This document shows, in pieces, positions 31,921 through 45,830 of a stretch of DNA of 64,000 bases; the stretch's first letter is position 1, and every line of letters starts with the position of its first letter. A program made the position numbers and the translations under genes. Source of the DNA: Amphiura filiformis. Its lineage: Eukaryota. The notes below the pieces were generated by a model that was given only the letters and a program-made list of their open reading frames with translations, was not told the DNA's origin and did no database searches. Location of the stretch: the NCBI RefSeq assembly GCF_039555335.1, contig NC_092646.1, positions 36,923,911-36,987,910 of the forward strand, in the 5' to 3' direction.

Positions 31921-34857
31921 CCACCCCATAAGGCCAAAAAAAATTGTTTGTGACCAACCGTGTACTCTGGTCCCGACCGTGTCTTTTTTTCTTTCTTTTT
32001 TTAAATTTGCGTTGAATGTGCTAGTAAAACAATGGTTAGTATAAATTTAAAGAAAGAAAATGTAAAGAAAATGAACAGTATAACATGCAGAACCATCTCA
32101 AGAGTTAAACCAGTAAAGTGCTTTTTAAAGTGTGTTTTGACTTATTTTATACCAGTCTTCAAATTGTCAGTTTCAAGTGCAATATCTGTAAAAAAAAAAA
32201 AATCCGACCTACCGACCCAACTGTTTCATAAGCCTTTATGGACAAACAAACATTTTTTTTTGGCCTAAACGTGGAATGCCCGATACCTATCTATATCGGA
32301 AATATCGGAATGATGCGTCGAAGCGCGGCGAAACGCATAGCCGGATAGACAGACAGACAGAGCTCATTATTTTATTAGTGTAGATTGGTGAGGGCCCCCG
32401 GCCTTATTATTTGTTAATATGTGACCATCCACCACTAAGTGGTAGTAAAGTCGGCTCTGGATCATTTTCAGTTTATTGCAGATTTTGAATGAATGCACTT
32501 TCAGCTTCAAAATGACACCTCAACCAGCTTCATCGGACATCTGGAAGTGAAGTTATGGTTCATCAAAGGTCAAATTCCTAATATATTTTACATAGAAATC
32601 CATACTGTTTTTGATTTATCTCAAAATGGAAAATGCCGACTTTACAACCAGTTTGTGGTGGATGGGCACATATGGGTTTTTTTATCATGTATTTCTGTGT
32701 AAAATTGCAATTGCAAAGTGTTTGTCAACACACCATAAAAATAGGGAGGCCCGTAATATTTTTGCTATTCCCCTAAAGCCCTACCACTATCATGAATTAA
32801 GAGAATGTTTGCAATGTTTATAAATGATAACTGTCATGTCTTTTCATTAGAAAATATTGATTTTGATTAAACAAATTTGATTATATGTTTTCAAAACTCC
32901 TTTTTCATAATGATCATAAAACATTGCCATACCGTATTATAAAACATTGTCGCTGATCTCCGATTGATCCATCAACCCCCATGGTAACAAACGAGCTGAC
33001 CATGAGCCGACCATCAAATTGGAATCGCACACTTTTGCGCTATTCCTCCTTACCCAGATGAATTCATCTCTTAATATCCAAACATGTGAATTCTTTCTGT
33101 AAACAACTTTGCACAACCATCAGGATGGGAATCCCGCGATATTCCCCAGTACGTCATATGCATAAATTATTATAATATCGATGGAACTGATCCAAAATTA
33201 GCGTCCAATTACAGTGACCGGAAATCCGGAATATACAGTTTTCGGAACCCAAGAGACATATTGCACTTGTCATGCTTGTTGCAGTGAACTACACGCCCGA
33301 CTCACGGTGAACAACCCGAGTGAACAACATCATTGCAGACGCTGTCATCACTGGAAAATGCACGAAACATCATTACGTACATTGCCAGCAAGACTTCAGT
33401 CTTTATCATAAGGCACTTGAAACTTGATTCTGAGTTTAGCGTCCACCGCCCGCGTTATAAATTTTGAGCCGCATTTGAGATGTAAAATCTGAAAATAATT
33501 CATTATTTTGTAAATTACTACTAAACCAGAAAGAAAATTTGTTGTGCAAAATTTTTAGCCCCCTTTTTTTGTATTTGAACCCTTCAAAAACTATAGAAAG
33601 CCTTGAGAACTATTAGATGAATCCATCTAAATATTTTAGCATTAAAAATATACAGGTTTTTGACCCTTGCTCTATCCAATTATTTCAATTATACCTTTGG
33701 GATACCAGGGTAGACTAGAAGAGAAATCAAAATGTTTTTACCAGATGGACATTGTTGATGTTGTAAATAATTTAACTAAGAAGACCTAGTTTTGACAAAT
33801 TGGTGCCAAAAATGTATTTCATAATGTTCTGCATGATTGTTATTTTTGTATTTAATGAGTCAAACCCCCCCCATTTCCCCTATCCTCAAATGTATACGGA
33901 GAGGTTTGTACAAATTGCAGTGAAGAAGACTGGCATGGTATAGGCCTACTTCGGAATACATTTACCCGGTTACATTTAGTTTGTTTTAAAACTTAAAAAA
34001 CAAAAAGCAAGATAATTATACTTTTATAAATGTATGTATGTGTTTGTGACATTATATTGAGACTGGCGATACAATGAACAAAAGCGCATAAGCATTGGTA
34101 AAAGGCCGCTGATAATGAAACCTTGAAAATAATGAATAATGAAATAGTTGCCTCATTATGAGCTGAAAAAAATGGGACGCTAAACTCAACATCAAGTTTC
34201 AATAGCCTAAACATAATAACATCTACGGACCATGGTTACTATCTAACATCTATGGTTACAGTTACTGGAACTATACATTCAGTGACAATCAGAATGAAAC
34301 AATTTGGGGACTTTTGGATCATATTTTCATGGATGATTTTCTTGGAAATGGAATTTATGGAAACATTTTTGACTTACATGTAGACAACTTGCAAAGGATG
34401 GTATATCTGCATGGATCACGGTCGCAAGTACGCATTTTCCCCTGATTTTTTTGGAGTCAAGTATAGCAGTTTGTAAAAAATGACTCGCATTTTGCAATGC
34501 GAATCCAGGTAAATCGAACACTGAGTGCAGGCATCACATGAGCGAAGTTACTCGACAAACACTATCAACAAATTTGCTCACAGATGCTGTGCTTTGGACA
34601 TGTTAGAGAATATTTCGAACAAGATAAGAGGGAAGATGGATGCACCCTTTTTATGGTTGTGGTGGTATTCACTCGGTCGGACATCCGGGAACAATATCCC
34701 CTTTGCACAAGCGCGCGCACAGCAAGCAGCTCGAGAAAGGGGAACTACACATGCGCACACTGGCTGCACCAGTATGTCTAGTCTGCACGTGATCAACATT
34801 TCTGCACCCTTGGCATGGCGTCCCAGCGTCCGGAAAGGATCCTGCTGAGTATCGGCG

Positions 34858-34881
34858 TAAGCGTAAGCGTAAGCGTAAACT
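34858..34881. repeat. (GTAAGC)4 microsatellite
   Basis: gtaagcgtaagcgtaagcgtaaac. Confidence 0.9.
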
Positions 34882-37319
34882 GATTTTATAAGTCAATTAT
34901 AAGGCTATATATTCCCTTTGGCTTTGTGACGTCAGCCGACCAAGAGAATGAAGGCTTATTTGCAGTGGCTCATGGTTGTTTAGGGTGAAGTGTGTTAACA
35001 GGAGCAGTAGGGCTTGGACCGGTATTAACACATATAGGAAGTAGACTAATAATAAATTATGAGGAGGAAGTAAGCTTATATTTATAAACCATGTAACTAA
35101 ACTACTAACTCTACCTGTTTCTGTTTCATACTGCAAGTTGAACTCCTGCAAAAGCTTGTCTTGTCAAGAAGGCACTCACTCTTCAATCTAATATGTAAAG
35201 TCACACCTTAAATTTTAATTTCCAACCATAGACTTCAATGGTTCCAAACCTCCAACGCTGTTTTCAGTGATCTGTCCGTGTTTACATGCTGGGACTTGGG
35301 ACGATGAGATTGTGTAATGATCTAAAAATAGAACTGATCTTCCTCAGTATTTCTAGAAAGTTTTAAAGTTTTAAGGGTACGCGCCAAAATAGCATGATTT
35401 TAATAGCGCTGAGAAAATTTTTAGGTAGGCCTATTTTCGTCTCAGGCCCGAACGACCCAGAATGTTTTGCATTTTGGAGGATTTTTATTTTGCTAAAATT
35501 TTAGCTTTCCCAAATTTAAGGCCACGCTTGCCTTATACTAGGCTATCAAAAGAGGAGCCGCTGTTTTCCGTGTGTGGGAATTCTAGCGTAGGCCTAGGCC
35601 TAGGGTAAATTGGGGTAAATGGAACGGTGGGGTAAATGGAACGCTGAGAATACAATTCCCTCAATCAAGAAAAAAATTGTGCAACATCATACCGAGTGTT
35701 CCATTTACCCCAACGCCATACGTTCTGCTTTCGTTCAGTCATACCCCAAGCGTGGGTTAGGCCTACAGTCGGTATTTGAGTGGAAGAAAATCTCAAATGC
35801 TGACCCAGAGGAGGCTTAAAGGCATTCCTACAATGCACTATGATTGGGAAATTTGACCAATATAACCTAATTTTAGAGGCAAAGTCCCCATTGCCACACA
35901 CACAAAATGGTCATTTTAAAACTGCAGCCAACAAGCTAATAGTTGAGACTTAGGACTGATATTTGATTTTCTTACAGGAAACATTCATATTGTCCCACTG
36001 CATTAATTTTATTCCTAAGTCTCGACGTTTTCAATGTTAAATAATAGGATGAAAACATCAGATATTTGCACACAATCCCAATGCAAAGTATGGTCAACTT
36101 GCCACATGTGTACAAAAACCAGACATACCAAGGTCAGAAACCCCATTGGGCCATGGGAATGTCTTTAAACATCCTCTGATGCTGACCATGAAGTGGTGCT
36201 ACGGTTCAGGGAACATTACTAATTTAAGGGGATTGATTCCTAAATATTGGAATGTTGTGCTGAGAGTTGTCTTACAATATTGGCAATAGGCCTATGTTTG
36301 TTATCTACAATAACATAAATTTGTTTTAAACAATAAAATAGCAGATTTTAATGATGAAATTATGCAAATTAATATGCTATCAAGTTGATTTAAATTAAAA
36401 TCTAGTCAACTGGACTTAGGCCCTACTATTTATTGACTGGCGACGTTTCACATCCTATCCTGGATGCTTCCTCAAGCCGTCTGATTAATATGCTAATTAG
36501 CTAATTAATTAGTTTGGTGTTCCATTTACCCCACAACAGATCCACTTGAGGTAAATGGAACACGGTTGACTGACTTCAAATATATATAACATGTTAATAT
36601 TTTTTTTACTAATTGGTTTAATTATTATTAAGTAGGCCTATTGTATAAGTATAAATTAAGTATAAATTAAATGTAGACCTATTTAACAAACATTTTTCAA
36701 TTTAGCTTATAGTATGTCATTGGTGGTATTCGTGGTAACAACATTTCCAACCCGGTTAGTTATGCATGTGCTACACACAAAAAATTACTAGCATTCCAAG
36801 TACCGTACTTATGAAACATGAATTTCATCCATGGTGTTGTCTTTTTAAAGACATTTCTTGTTTACACTTTCGCTGGGATCACTGAATGGGTCTTTAAGGA
36901 TATCGTTGGATATAAAACTGTAAGTGAATAAAGATTGGACTAATGTTTTTATAATCAAGTATAATCATATAATGTCTGGTGTTAGTTAAGTTTTGGGGTG
37001 ATACTCCAATTCAGTATACAATGGCGGGGCCAATCATGTAATGACTCAACTGTCCCACTTACCCCCAACACTTTGGGGTATTAAAGTGGGACACATAAGG
37101 GCCCGGTAGGGGCAAATTTGACACATATATGATATTATTACATTAAAAGAACATATTTTACAGCAATACATCATTATTCATATATTGGAGCATTTGGGCA
37201 TTATTAACATAACTATACCAACAAATTACTATATAGGCCTACTATATAATGTTTATTAAATTCATCTGAATATACATCATTGGTGAAAACCCTCCAAAAC
37301 CCACGATTTGCTTTTCAGC

Positions 37320-37730
37320 CACAAAAAGCCACAGGCATTGTCATTTTCTATTCTTCCCTATACTCAGTTTTCTTTCTTTTTCTCTCCCTATTCCTTCTTC
37401 TCTCCCTAGTCCTTCCTCTTTCTGTTTCTCTTCTCTCTTTCCCTTTCTCATTTACTTTTTTCCTCTTCTCCCTCTCTTCAGTTTCTTTTTCCCCTTTCCC
37501 TTTTTCTTCCCTCTTTTTGCTATTCTTCTTTCCCCTTTCTCTTCTTCCCTCTTTTTCTTTCATTTTCTCTTTTCTCTTCTTTCTTCCAATTCCTCTTCTT
37601 TCTTTTTTCCTTTTTTCTTCTCCCTTCCCCTTTGTCTTCTTCCCCCTTTCTTTCCCTTTTTACTCGTCTCTCTTCCCCTTTTTTCTTCCCTCTTTTTCTC
37701 TCCTTCCCCCTGGAAAATTTTACAGGTGAC
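37320..37730. repeat. CT-rich (polypyrimidine) low-complexity tract of about 400 bp
   Basis: ttctttctttttctctccctattccttcttctctccc… ORFs 37280..37729 (+) and 37348..37563/37520..37759 (-) are composition artefacts (FLFLSL… and KEKEKR…). Confidence 0.85.
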
Positions 37731-38199
37731 AAATGGTGAGTTTGGCAGTTTAACACCATAATTTATGCTATTAACTTGGTACCGTAGCTGTTTCTTTAAA
37801 GATTTTGCTCTGATTTTTGCCTAAAGTCACATACCAAATTCCTACTGAAAGTCACATTCATCACGGTTATCATGCATGGATTCATATGGTTACTTTTTAA
37901 TTTGTCTCAATATCATTTGAAGTTTGTTTCCAAAAGGCATTAAGTTCAATAGCTGCCTTGTGTTTGTGTCACATTTTCTGGCCCATGTTTTCATTTTAAA
38001 GTTTAAATGACGATTGGAATGGATTATGTTTGTAACTCCAGCTTATTTTCTAACTATTTTCAATACCGGTATCATTTGTGCCCTAAAATTCTCCAATGGA
38101 AGGTTTAAAAATGGTGCCTTTTAGATCCTTTTGGATCCAAAAAAAAAATTTCCTTTTTTATTTGCCAAACTCTTCATTTGTTCTTGGCCAAAGAGTTGG

Positions 38200-38525
38200 T
38201 GAATACCGGGGGGGTCTTCCTGGTTGAAGGTATACGGGGATGTGCCACGGTTTTGGGGTACCTTTTCAGCGATTTTGGTATATCGATGGGTGGGTTTTCA
38301 GTGGATACCAATGCGCCCAATTGGGCGCATTTGGGCAAAAATGCCATTAAAGCGCCCAATTATGGCAAATTTTGGTGCTTTTTGGGTGCTTTTTCTTGAA
38401 AATTGGTATACTGATGGGTAGCAAAAACAGCAAAAAGTAGGTATAGAGAAAGTCAGCATCCGAAAGTCTGCGTGGCACACCCCCGTACAAAATTTTTCGA
38501 AGAACCCCCCCCCGGGGTGAATAGC
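38200..38525. mobile_element. MITE-like element with G-rich inverted termini
   Basis: CCGGGGGGGTCTTCC…TACGGGGATGTGCCACG at the left pairs with CGTGGCACACCCCCGTA…GAAGAACCCCCCCCCGGGG at the right. Confidence 0.45.
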
Positions 38526-41500
38526 TTGAATTTTTTCTGCGTGTTTGTTGCTCCGTTTTTTTAAAGGAATTTTTAGTTTTCCTCCCGGGATTTTCCTCTG
38601 TCGCCCTCTTTAAAACCCATTAAACCAGGAAGTAGAGATAACATCCCTATTTAGTAAGAAAGTCATAATTGCTGATTAAAATATTGCAAAATGAAAGTAA
38701 AGGGATAAGTAATATGTTTAAACAAACATAAATGCACTTTTTTTAGAATCTGAGGCTAACTAAATCTCATAACTACTCTTTATTCTCATAATTAGGATTC
38801 AGTTTTTCAAATTTAGAAACACCTAAAAGACTGGTATAAACTCCTAGTTAGAAATCACAGTTCAGTTGGACACTAAAAGCATATTCATCGCGGCTCTTTT
38901 TACGCCATGCGAGGGGTGCGATTGATGTTGATTGATTTTTTTTAGAAGATCAACAAGCGCTGAAAATGATGCGAAGTACATGCAGACATACAGGTCGGCA
39001 GAATTTAATTGGTGTCTGAAATTCGTAGGTATAATGCACTTAAAAATGATTTTGCACAATAGTTAGAGTATGTATTCAGGTATATGAAACTGTTTCAGAG
39101 TAATTGGTGTATTTGTATGCAGTGTCAACGAGCGAAAATGTCGGTGTACGATGCGTAAATTAAATCGTCATGCATGCACGATGGTGTATTAATGTGTTTC
39201 AACGTGGCCATAATTCTTATGAATATGATAAGCTATGATAGCATGCAGATGACCCAGGCTGTCCCAGGCCCAGGGTATTAATTTTGTACCGGTGCTGCAT
39301 GAGGGTCAAAGGTTGAATCGGTATTATAAATAAAAGATTAAATTCCTCTCACAATTAATAATATCTCTTGATCACAATCAATCAGCTACATGTTACAGGT
39401 AAATTCTACAGGTGAAGTATTTCTTGGCCAAACTCAACTGGAACGTCGAACACTGATGAACGCGTGGCTCTGTCATGTCTGCGATAAACACACGTATGCG
39501 CCTGACATAGTCAGCACGGTACAGACATGCAGAAGAAAGCATACACGCGCCTTCGGCCAAGAAATACTTCCTGTAGTTTGATCGAGAAATCTATCCACGC
39601 TAAGTGTGGCTCACGCATGCAATACGGTACGTAGTCTCTCTCGCATATGCCTGGTCAAGCACCCTCACAGACCCGAACGTAGTGAGGGTGCTTGGTATAT
39701 CCGACATGTTTCAAATACATGGATGGCCAGCATAATGGCCCGCAAATTTAAGCTTTATGAGAAGCCTATTTCAGTTGCAAAATGACAAACACAGAGTGGC
39801 TTATCTTTAAGTTTAACCCACATTCTCAATCTCTCATGCCAGAGGTTAAAATAAAACGATCCCTAATAACTAATTATCAAAAGATCGTAAATTTAATTTC
39901 TTGAAACGTGCCGGCGAAACGATTTGTTTACAAGTAACAATCCTTGTTCCGACACCGATAGGCCTACCGTTCATTCGGCATAATTCGGCTTCATTCGGCA
40001 AACCATGTGATCACTCAGGTGAACTAGGATTGGACGATCGATTGCGTTAAATTTTATCCAGGTTACCGGGCCATGCTAATGGCGATACTCGCGTCTTGGA
40101 AATATTTTTCAACCACGTTGCAAAATGATCGGAAATACACTATCAAGGCGATCGGTAAGCATCATTGAATAAAGCAATATTTAGTATTTCTTCTTTTGAT
40201 TTTTTTCGATTAAATTGTAGTTTACAGTTTTGATTAGTTGGATGAGAGTGGATTTAAGATAGGCTATCAGTCGCTTGTGCAGATATAGGCCTATGTTAAC
40301 ATTGGATTCAATTTCTTGTTTATTGTTCACTGTACGGAAAAGCCTGTTCTGTTGTATCTTGTATTGGTTGTATTTCCCACGTATATCTCTCGCACATGTT
40401 GCAAGTGAAAAGTAATGGTTGTTTTTATTCTGTTCAAATCGTTACATGTACATTAAATACAGCCTGCGAAATGGTCTACTTTTAGCGCACCTCAACTCCG
40501 AAACAGTTTAGTTGTTGTTAAAAATTGCTTACCTTTGGACGAATTTGTAGCAGTCTCCATGTCAAAGAATGCCCGGTACTTGCCAGGTACAAACATAGAA
40601 ATGGCCACATTGCTTCAGTCCCGTTAATGAATATTTCTTCCGTACTCACATGGGCGTCATGATGATGGTCTCCTACAGAACCAGATTGTGTCGGTCTGAC
40701 GATCGTCGACTCGATCCTAACAAACCTGTGATAGCCACATACAGTCTGGTCTGAGACTAATTTTATACACATGCGATGACGTATCAGCCAATCATAAGCC
40801 TTAATTGTTCATGTCCTTTTAGCTGCACTGCTCATGCGTCATGCCAATCAGCGGCAAGCGACATGAAAGTATGAAACCATTTTGCCCATGTGTGTTCTGC
40901 TCGTGAGAAAATTTACCTTTTGTTGACGTTTATCAAACAAAATTTTCGATAAAGGCGAGTGAAAGTCGATTCGAGTTTATCGTCCCCATGGCGTCACTTT
41001 TTGGACACCAAAACACCGCGTCAAATTTTCAAAAATGCCAAAATAATTCATTATTTTCAAAGTATCAGGGTTTTCACCAGTTTTAGCAATTGGAAACATA
41101 TACAATGTATTTTTGTTTGTAAAACATATAAATTTATAATTATAACTTGGAACCAAAACCAGGCTCTTTTCTAACTTTTCTAGTCCCTACCCATATAAAA
41201 ACATGTTTATAAATAACATGTATGAGTGTGGCTTTAAATCAACATGCACAATAGGTCAATAATGAAATCTGATGAAATAATGAAAAATGAAAAATGAAAA
41301 AGTCACCTCACCAACCTGGGAAAAAAAAGGGACGAGGTCTTACGCATGCGCAGTGGTGTTCTTGAAATCATCTAGAAACACTTCATTCGCAGGTATCGTT
41401 TCAGGCAGTCTTACTGAAGGTGTATCCACGCCACAACGATACAATCTACTAGTTTAGAAGATAGAGTGTGGAACTATAGCTACCTGGTACTTCTCATTCA

Positions 41501-41767
41501 GTCGTCACCAATTTTCAAACGTATTAAAATAATTCTTTGTGAAGTTTAATGTTAACAAAATTTATTTTGATGATCTGTATCTTCAGAGCAAAGTTTGCTA
41601 ATTTTTAAGAATTTAGGTTAACAGAGATGCCAACCATGGTGTTAGCTAGAGAGCCATCCACCCGTCTTTTGCACGGGCAAGGTCAAAAGTGCCAGACTGG
41701 TGGAAAATCATCAACCCGAAGATGGGCAGGAAAATTTAGTTTGAATTATTTTCACCTTTATTCATAT

Positions 41768-42028
41768 CAGGGGTAGCGCTAGAACAAAACACTCCAGAGT
41801 CCGCAGGGACCCCCGAACATGCAGAAAATTAAAAAGTAGGGGGTCCGTAGTAGAGTTTGGTGAGTCAGAGTTGCACAAAATAGTATGTCTGTGGTAATGC
41901 TTGATTGAAAAACTGGGGTCTGCAGGGACCCAGGCTGGACTTAAAGAAAATTTAAAAATAGGGCCTGTCCAAACTGTATTTCAAATGGTAAGTCCGGGAC
42001 CCCAAAATGCAGCCTAGTGCTACCCCTG
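41768..42028. mobile_element. hAT-superfamily-like MITE (261 bp) with 15-bp terminal inverted repeats and a perfect 8-bp target-site duplication
   Basis: Ends CAGGGGTAGCGCTAG and CTAGTGCTACCCCTG. Direct repeat ATTCATAT immediately flanks both ends (41760–41767 and 42029–42036). Confidence 0.75.
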
Positions 42029-42284
42029 ATTCATATCATTTTGATATGATAATATTAGGCCCCCTATATTTATTTGGAGTGAGCTTTATGGAGGTCAAAA
42101 ATGCTTTGGTTGTTTTGTTAAGTTTTTTCTATTCAACTTGACCTATCTCAACATGAAATGACAAAATGTTTGGATATATAGACTGAACAAAAAAGTGTGC
42201 AGCGCCCTTAAACGTCACCATACTTTATCTAGTGAAACAAGTGTATGGTGCAAAATCCTTCAGATTAATATATATTTTGGTATT

Positions 42285-42470
42285 TTAAGGGGTACTACAC
42301 CCATTGATTTTTTTTGCATTTTTTGCATTTTGTGAAGAAATTACAAAAAAAAATTGGACAAAGTGGTATGCAAAATGAAGGGGCAAATCTTCTCGTTTTA
42401 TTGGTGGTATCGGTATCAATGTAGCTTACATGCTTTTACAGATAGAAGCCAAAAGGAGGTACATCACTGA
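42285..42470 (+). repeat. Interspersed 185-bp repeat, copy 1 (copy 2 at 43492..43680)
   Basis: GGGGTACTACACCCAT…TTTTGCATTTTGTGAAGAAAT…AAAAAATTGG[A/T]CAAAGTGGTATGCA[A/T]AATGAAGGGGCAAATCTTCTCGTT…TTGGTGGTAT…AATGTAGCTTACATGCTTTTA is shared by both loci. Confidence 0.7.
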
Positions 42471-43491
42471 TGATTTAAATTCACTTCATTTTGGAAAGCT
42501 TACTATCAACGGATTTCGTTAAAATTTTGGATATGTGTTGCTAACACATTAGGGAAATAAAGTTGATATGTAAAATGGGAATAAGTGGTTCCTGATTTCT
42601 TTTATGACTTCATGAACTTGGTGCTCCACAACTATCAAAAAGGAACTGGTTAAAATGCTTCTATTTTCAATGTTGAGCTATATTTTGCATTTTTAACTTG
42701 CGACATTATTGCACTGAAACTTAATTAAGCCATAGGTAACAGGTTACAACAACCATACTACAGCAATGATGAAAAAAATTGTATTTCTTGTCACCTATAC
42801 AACCATATTGGGTAGTTTTCCGTAAGCTTAAGTTTTGTGATTTTGGTAACTATTTTATATTTATTTGTGAAATCCGTCTCAACTAGGCATTCTAAATTGT
42901 ACTCACCATTTACATCCCAAGGTATATTAGTATATCCACCATGCACTTCTCGATATATATCCAGTTAAAGACAGAATATCAAAATTATGCCTCATATGAT
43001 ATCACAGACTCTCACATGTGTATTCAAAATTGATGCTTAAATTTGACCTGAACCAATTGACCTATAACCTGACATACGGTGACCTAATAGCCTTTTCTTC
43101 TCCTAACAACTAATGACTATGCATCCATTGTATACGTGTTTATCTAATTTATTCAGTGTTATATCATGGTAGGTATTTTGCATGCACCACTATAGATTTT
43201 CTATAGAGAGTATAACAAAGGATTTAATGTATTCTATTCATGTACCCTACTTGAACATTTTCAAAAGAATAAATTATGGTTTGTTATGAAACACAGATCT
43301 GAGTTACTAGGTTACAGTAAACAAAAAATATATAGGGCTAAAATGACTTACTAAAATTGGTGAAATTCACTTTATATGTAGATATATTTTATAAGTTCAG
43401 GACATGAGGTGATAAACATATATATGTACTTAATAAATTTGCAAGAAAAAAAAGAAGAGGGGTACTGATGAAAATCGGGGTATTATATCGC

Positions 43492-43680
43492 CTTAAGGGG
43501 GTACTACACCCATCACATTTTTTGTGGGTTTTTGCATTTTGTGAAGAAATGAGAAAAAAAATTGGTCAAAGTGGTATGCATAATGAAGGGGCAAATCTTC
43601 TCGTTCTATTGGTGGTATTGATAATAATGTAGCTTACATGCTTTTAATTGTACAAGCCAAAGAGAGGTACATGATGACCC
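43492..43680 (+). repeat. Interspersed 185-bp repeat, copy 2
   Basis: About 85% identical to 42285–42470. Confidence 0.7.
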
Positions 43681-43867
43681 CATCACAATTTTGATCATAT
43701 TTGCAATTTCATAACTGCTAGCGTGAATCGACCTACCCACACTTATTTATCATCAATGGCAGACCCTAATAGTACCAAAATATTTTTTATTTTGGAAATG
43801 CATTAATTATGCACAGCTTTGAAAACACAAATATGCATCAATTTTATGTTATCAATGAAATTAAACT

Positions 43868-43918
43868 TATTTTCCCCCTTCCAGTTGACAATGATATGCA
43901 AAATTTGTGTTCGCAAGG
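43868..43918 (+). CDS. Candidate coding exon MICKICVRKAAHLFQ of a small two-exon ORF (with 44467..44642)
   Basis: Acceptor ttccccttccag|TTGACA, then ATG and a phase-0 donor TTTCAG|gtttga. Confidence 0.25.
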
Positions 43919-44466
43919 CAGCACATTTGTTTCAGGTTTGATAAGGTTGAAATTAAAGAACAGTCAAAACAGTCAATTTTCAGTATTAGGTGAATTTTTG
44001 CTCAGTTTTCTGAGAAAATAGAAAGCTTACAAAATACGATTTATAATGTGAATCGGTATGTTCACAATGGTAAAACCTCAAAATTAAAGTGTTGGACACA
44101 CCCTAAAACTTCATGTGTAGTAACGGTTTCGTCACTTACCTGTAGCGGGTGTGTATTCCTTCTGTTTTGAGAAAATGATGTGTAAAAGCTTGTAAAATCC
44201 GTGAAAATCACTGCTCGCTTCGAAGACAAGCGAAGCCGGATTTAAATTACATGACGCCATATTTTTATAATTGGTTTTGACCTTTGACTAAGGTTGAGCG
44301 GTACTCGATATCGCGGATTCTCTGATACCGATGCACGCGTCACGATACCGTACTTTACAGACATGACAGAATAGGCCTAAAGAATTATTTAATGGAGCGT
44401 ATTGAAAAAATATTAGAAAATTGAAAACAAATAATTTTGTTAATAATGTTTTAAACTTAAATTGTC

Positions 44467-44642
44467 AACAGAAAGAGTCAGCTGATCATCAGGTTTTATG
44501 TCTTCTTTTAACAAGAGTGGAAACAAAGGAACCCGAAGAATGTGCAAAGTTATTGACTTTGGCTAGCATCTTAAATTTAAACTCTGAGTCAAAAATAAGC
44601 TTTGTTTCATTAATTAAAAAGAAAGTTGTAAAGTTGTTGTAG
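44467..44642 (+). CDS. Candidate terminal exon KESADHQVLCLLLTRVETKEPEECAKLLTLASILNLNSESKISFVSLIKKKVVKLL*
   Basis: Acceptor ttgtcaacag|AAAGAG, phase 0, joined in frame to 43868..43918 and ending at TAG. No similarity recognised. Confidence 0.25.
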
Positions 44643-45224
44643 GCCTATCTTGTTGGTTTAAGTGAAGTTTGCTACTGGTTTTATTATTACCTGTGTTGCG
44701 ATTCGAAATCCCACAAAGAGTAAGTAAGTTCGTTATTAAATGTGGTAGGCCTCGCCTCAGTACCCCCCTCCCCCCTCCCGGTCCCAACATACACATTGAC
44801 TCAATTAAGGCGCGGATTCACGGTGGCTGACGGACCCACCCCCCAAAAATAAAGAGAAGAGAAGGGGAAGAAAGGAGAAAAAGAGAAGAGAAAATGGAGG
44901 AAAGGAGGAGAGAAACTAAATTGCACATAATTGAGTAGGCCCATGTGTAAATAACCGCACAGTCGGGACGATTGGAAGTAGGTCCTATAATAGGCCTGCG
45001 ATTATTTTCTAAAAAAGGCATTGCTTGAAGGCGGGTCATGTGAAAATTACTGCGGGTCCGCCGATATGCAGGGCCCCTCACATTTTGCCACCAATGTCAG
45101 TATTAAGACGGACTCCATACCGACTTCATCTATTTATGCATGCTTTAGTAATTGCCAATCTCAAGTTTTGCAAATTGAGTTCGGGCCCTTTTTCTGTTAA
45201 AATGCAATTGATTCAAATAGTAGT

Positions 45225-45830
45225 GTAAAAACAATGCACCGAATGGCTTCAATTCGACCTTCATTTTGCAAATTTTTCAAACTTCTCAGGGGGAACACCC
45301 CCTCAGACTCCCCTTGCGTAGTGGATAAACATATGATCATTTTCGCTCTTCTTCCAACATTTGCCAATTTAAGCCCTATGTTAACACAATAATTTATAAG
45401 GGTATAGGCTTACAGGGAAAACTTGTCCAAGGAAGGTTTCATGGACTATCATTTAACAAATTTGTGGCTTTTTCAAACTAAACTTTTACACATGCACTTG
45501 TACCAAAATGGTCCACCAAAACACTTCAATTTTCTTCATTTTACACTCCCCATGCGTAATCGATATACAAGTGGCCATTTTCGCTTCTTCTTTCGCCGAT
45601 TTATAGGCCCTCACGACAATAGGGAAACTTGTCCAAGAAAGGCTTCATGAACCGCACATTTCACAAATTTTAGGCCGCCAAACCTAAAATTTTACACTAG
45701 TAATAGTGCCAAAATTGTCCACCAAATCGCTTCAATTAGATCTTCATTTTGCACAAGTTTCTTACTTCTGAGGGGGGAACATCCTCCTCAGACAATCTCC
45801 TCGTCGCATAAGCGCTCCATGACCATTTTT
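45225..45830. repeat. Tandem repeat of about 195–200 bp, about 3 copies (satellite-like)
   Basis: The motifs …TTCAATT[C/A]GA[C/T]CTTCATTTTGCA…TTCT[CG]AGGGGGAACA[CT]CC[CT]CAGAC…ACTTGTCCAAG[GA]AAGG[TC]TTCATGRAC… recur with about 197-bp periodicity. Confidence 0.7.

Noticed and set aside
37280-37759. 149-aa ORF on the plus strand and 71- and 79-aa ORFs on the minus strand
   Set aside because: They lie in a CT-rich (polypyrimidine/polypurine) tract. The translated peptides are pure FLS and KER low complexity.
38170-38480. Short overlapping ORFs (MFLAKELVNTGGVFLVEG…, MKVYGDVPRFWG…) as a small gene
   Set aside because: They lie inside a G-rich, inverted-repeat-flanked MITE-like element with internal short repeats (TTGGTATAtCGATGGGT…), and the reading frames are on both strands.
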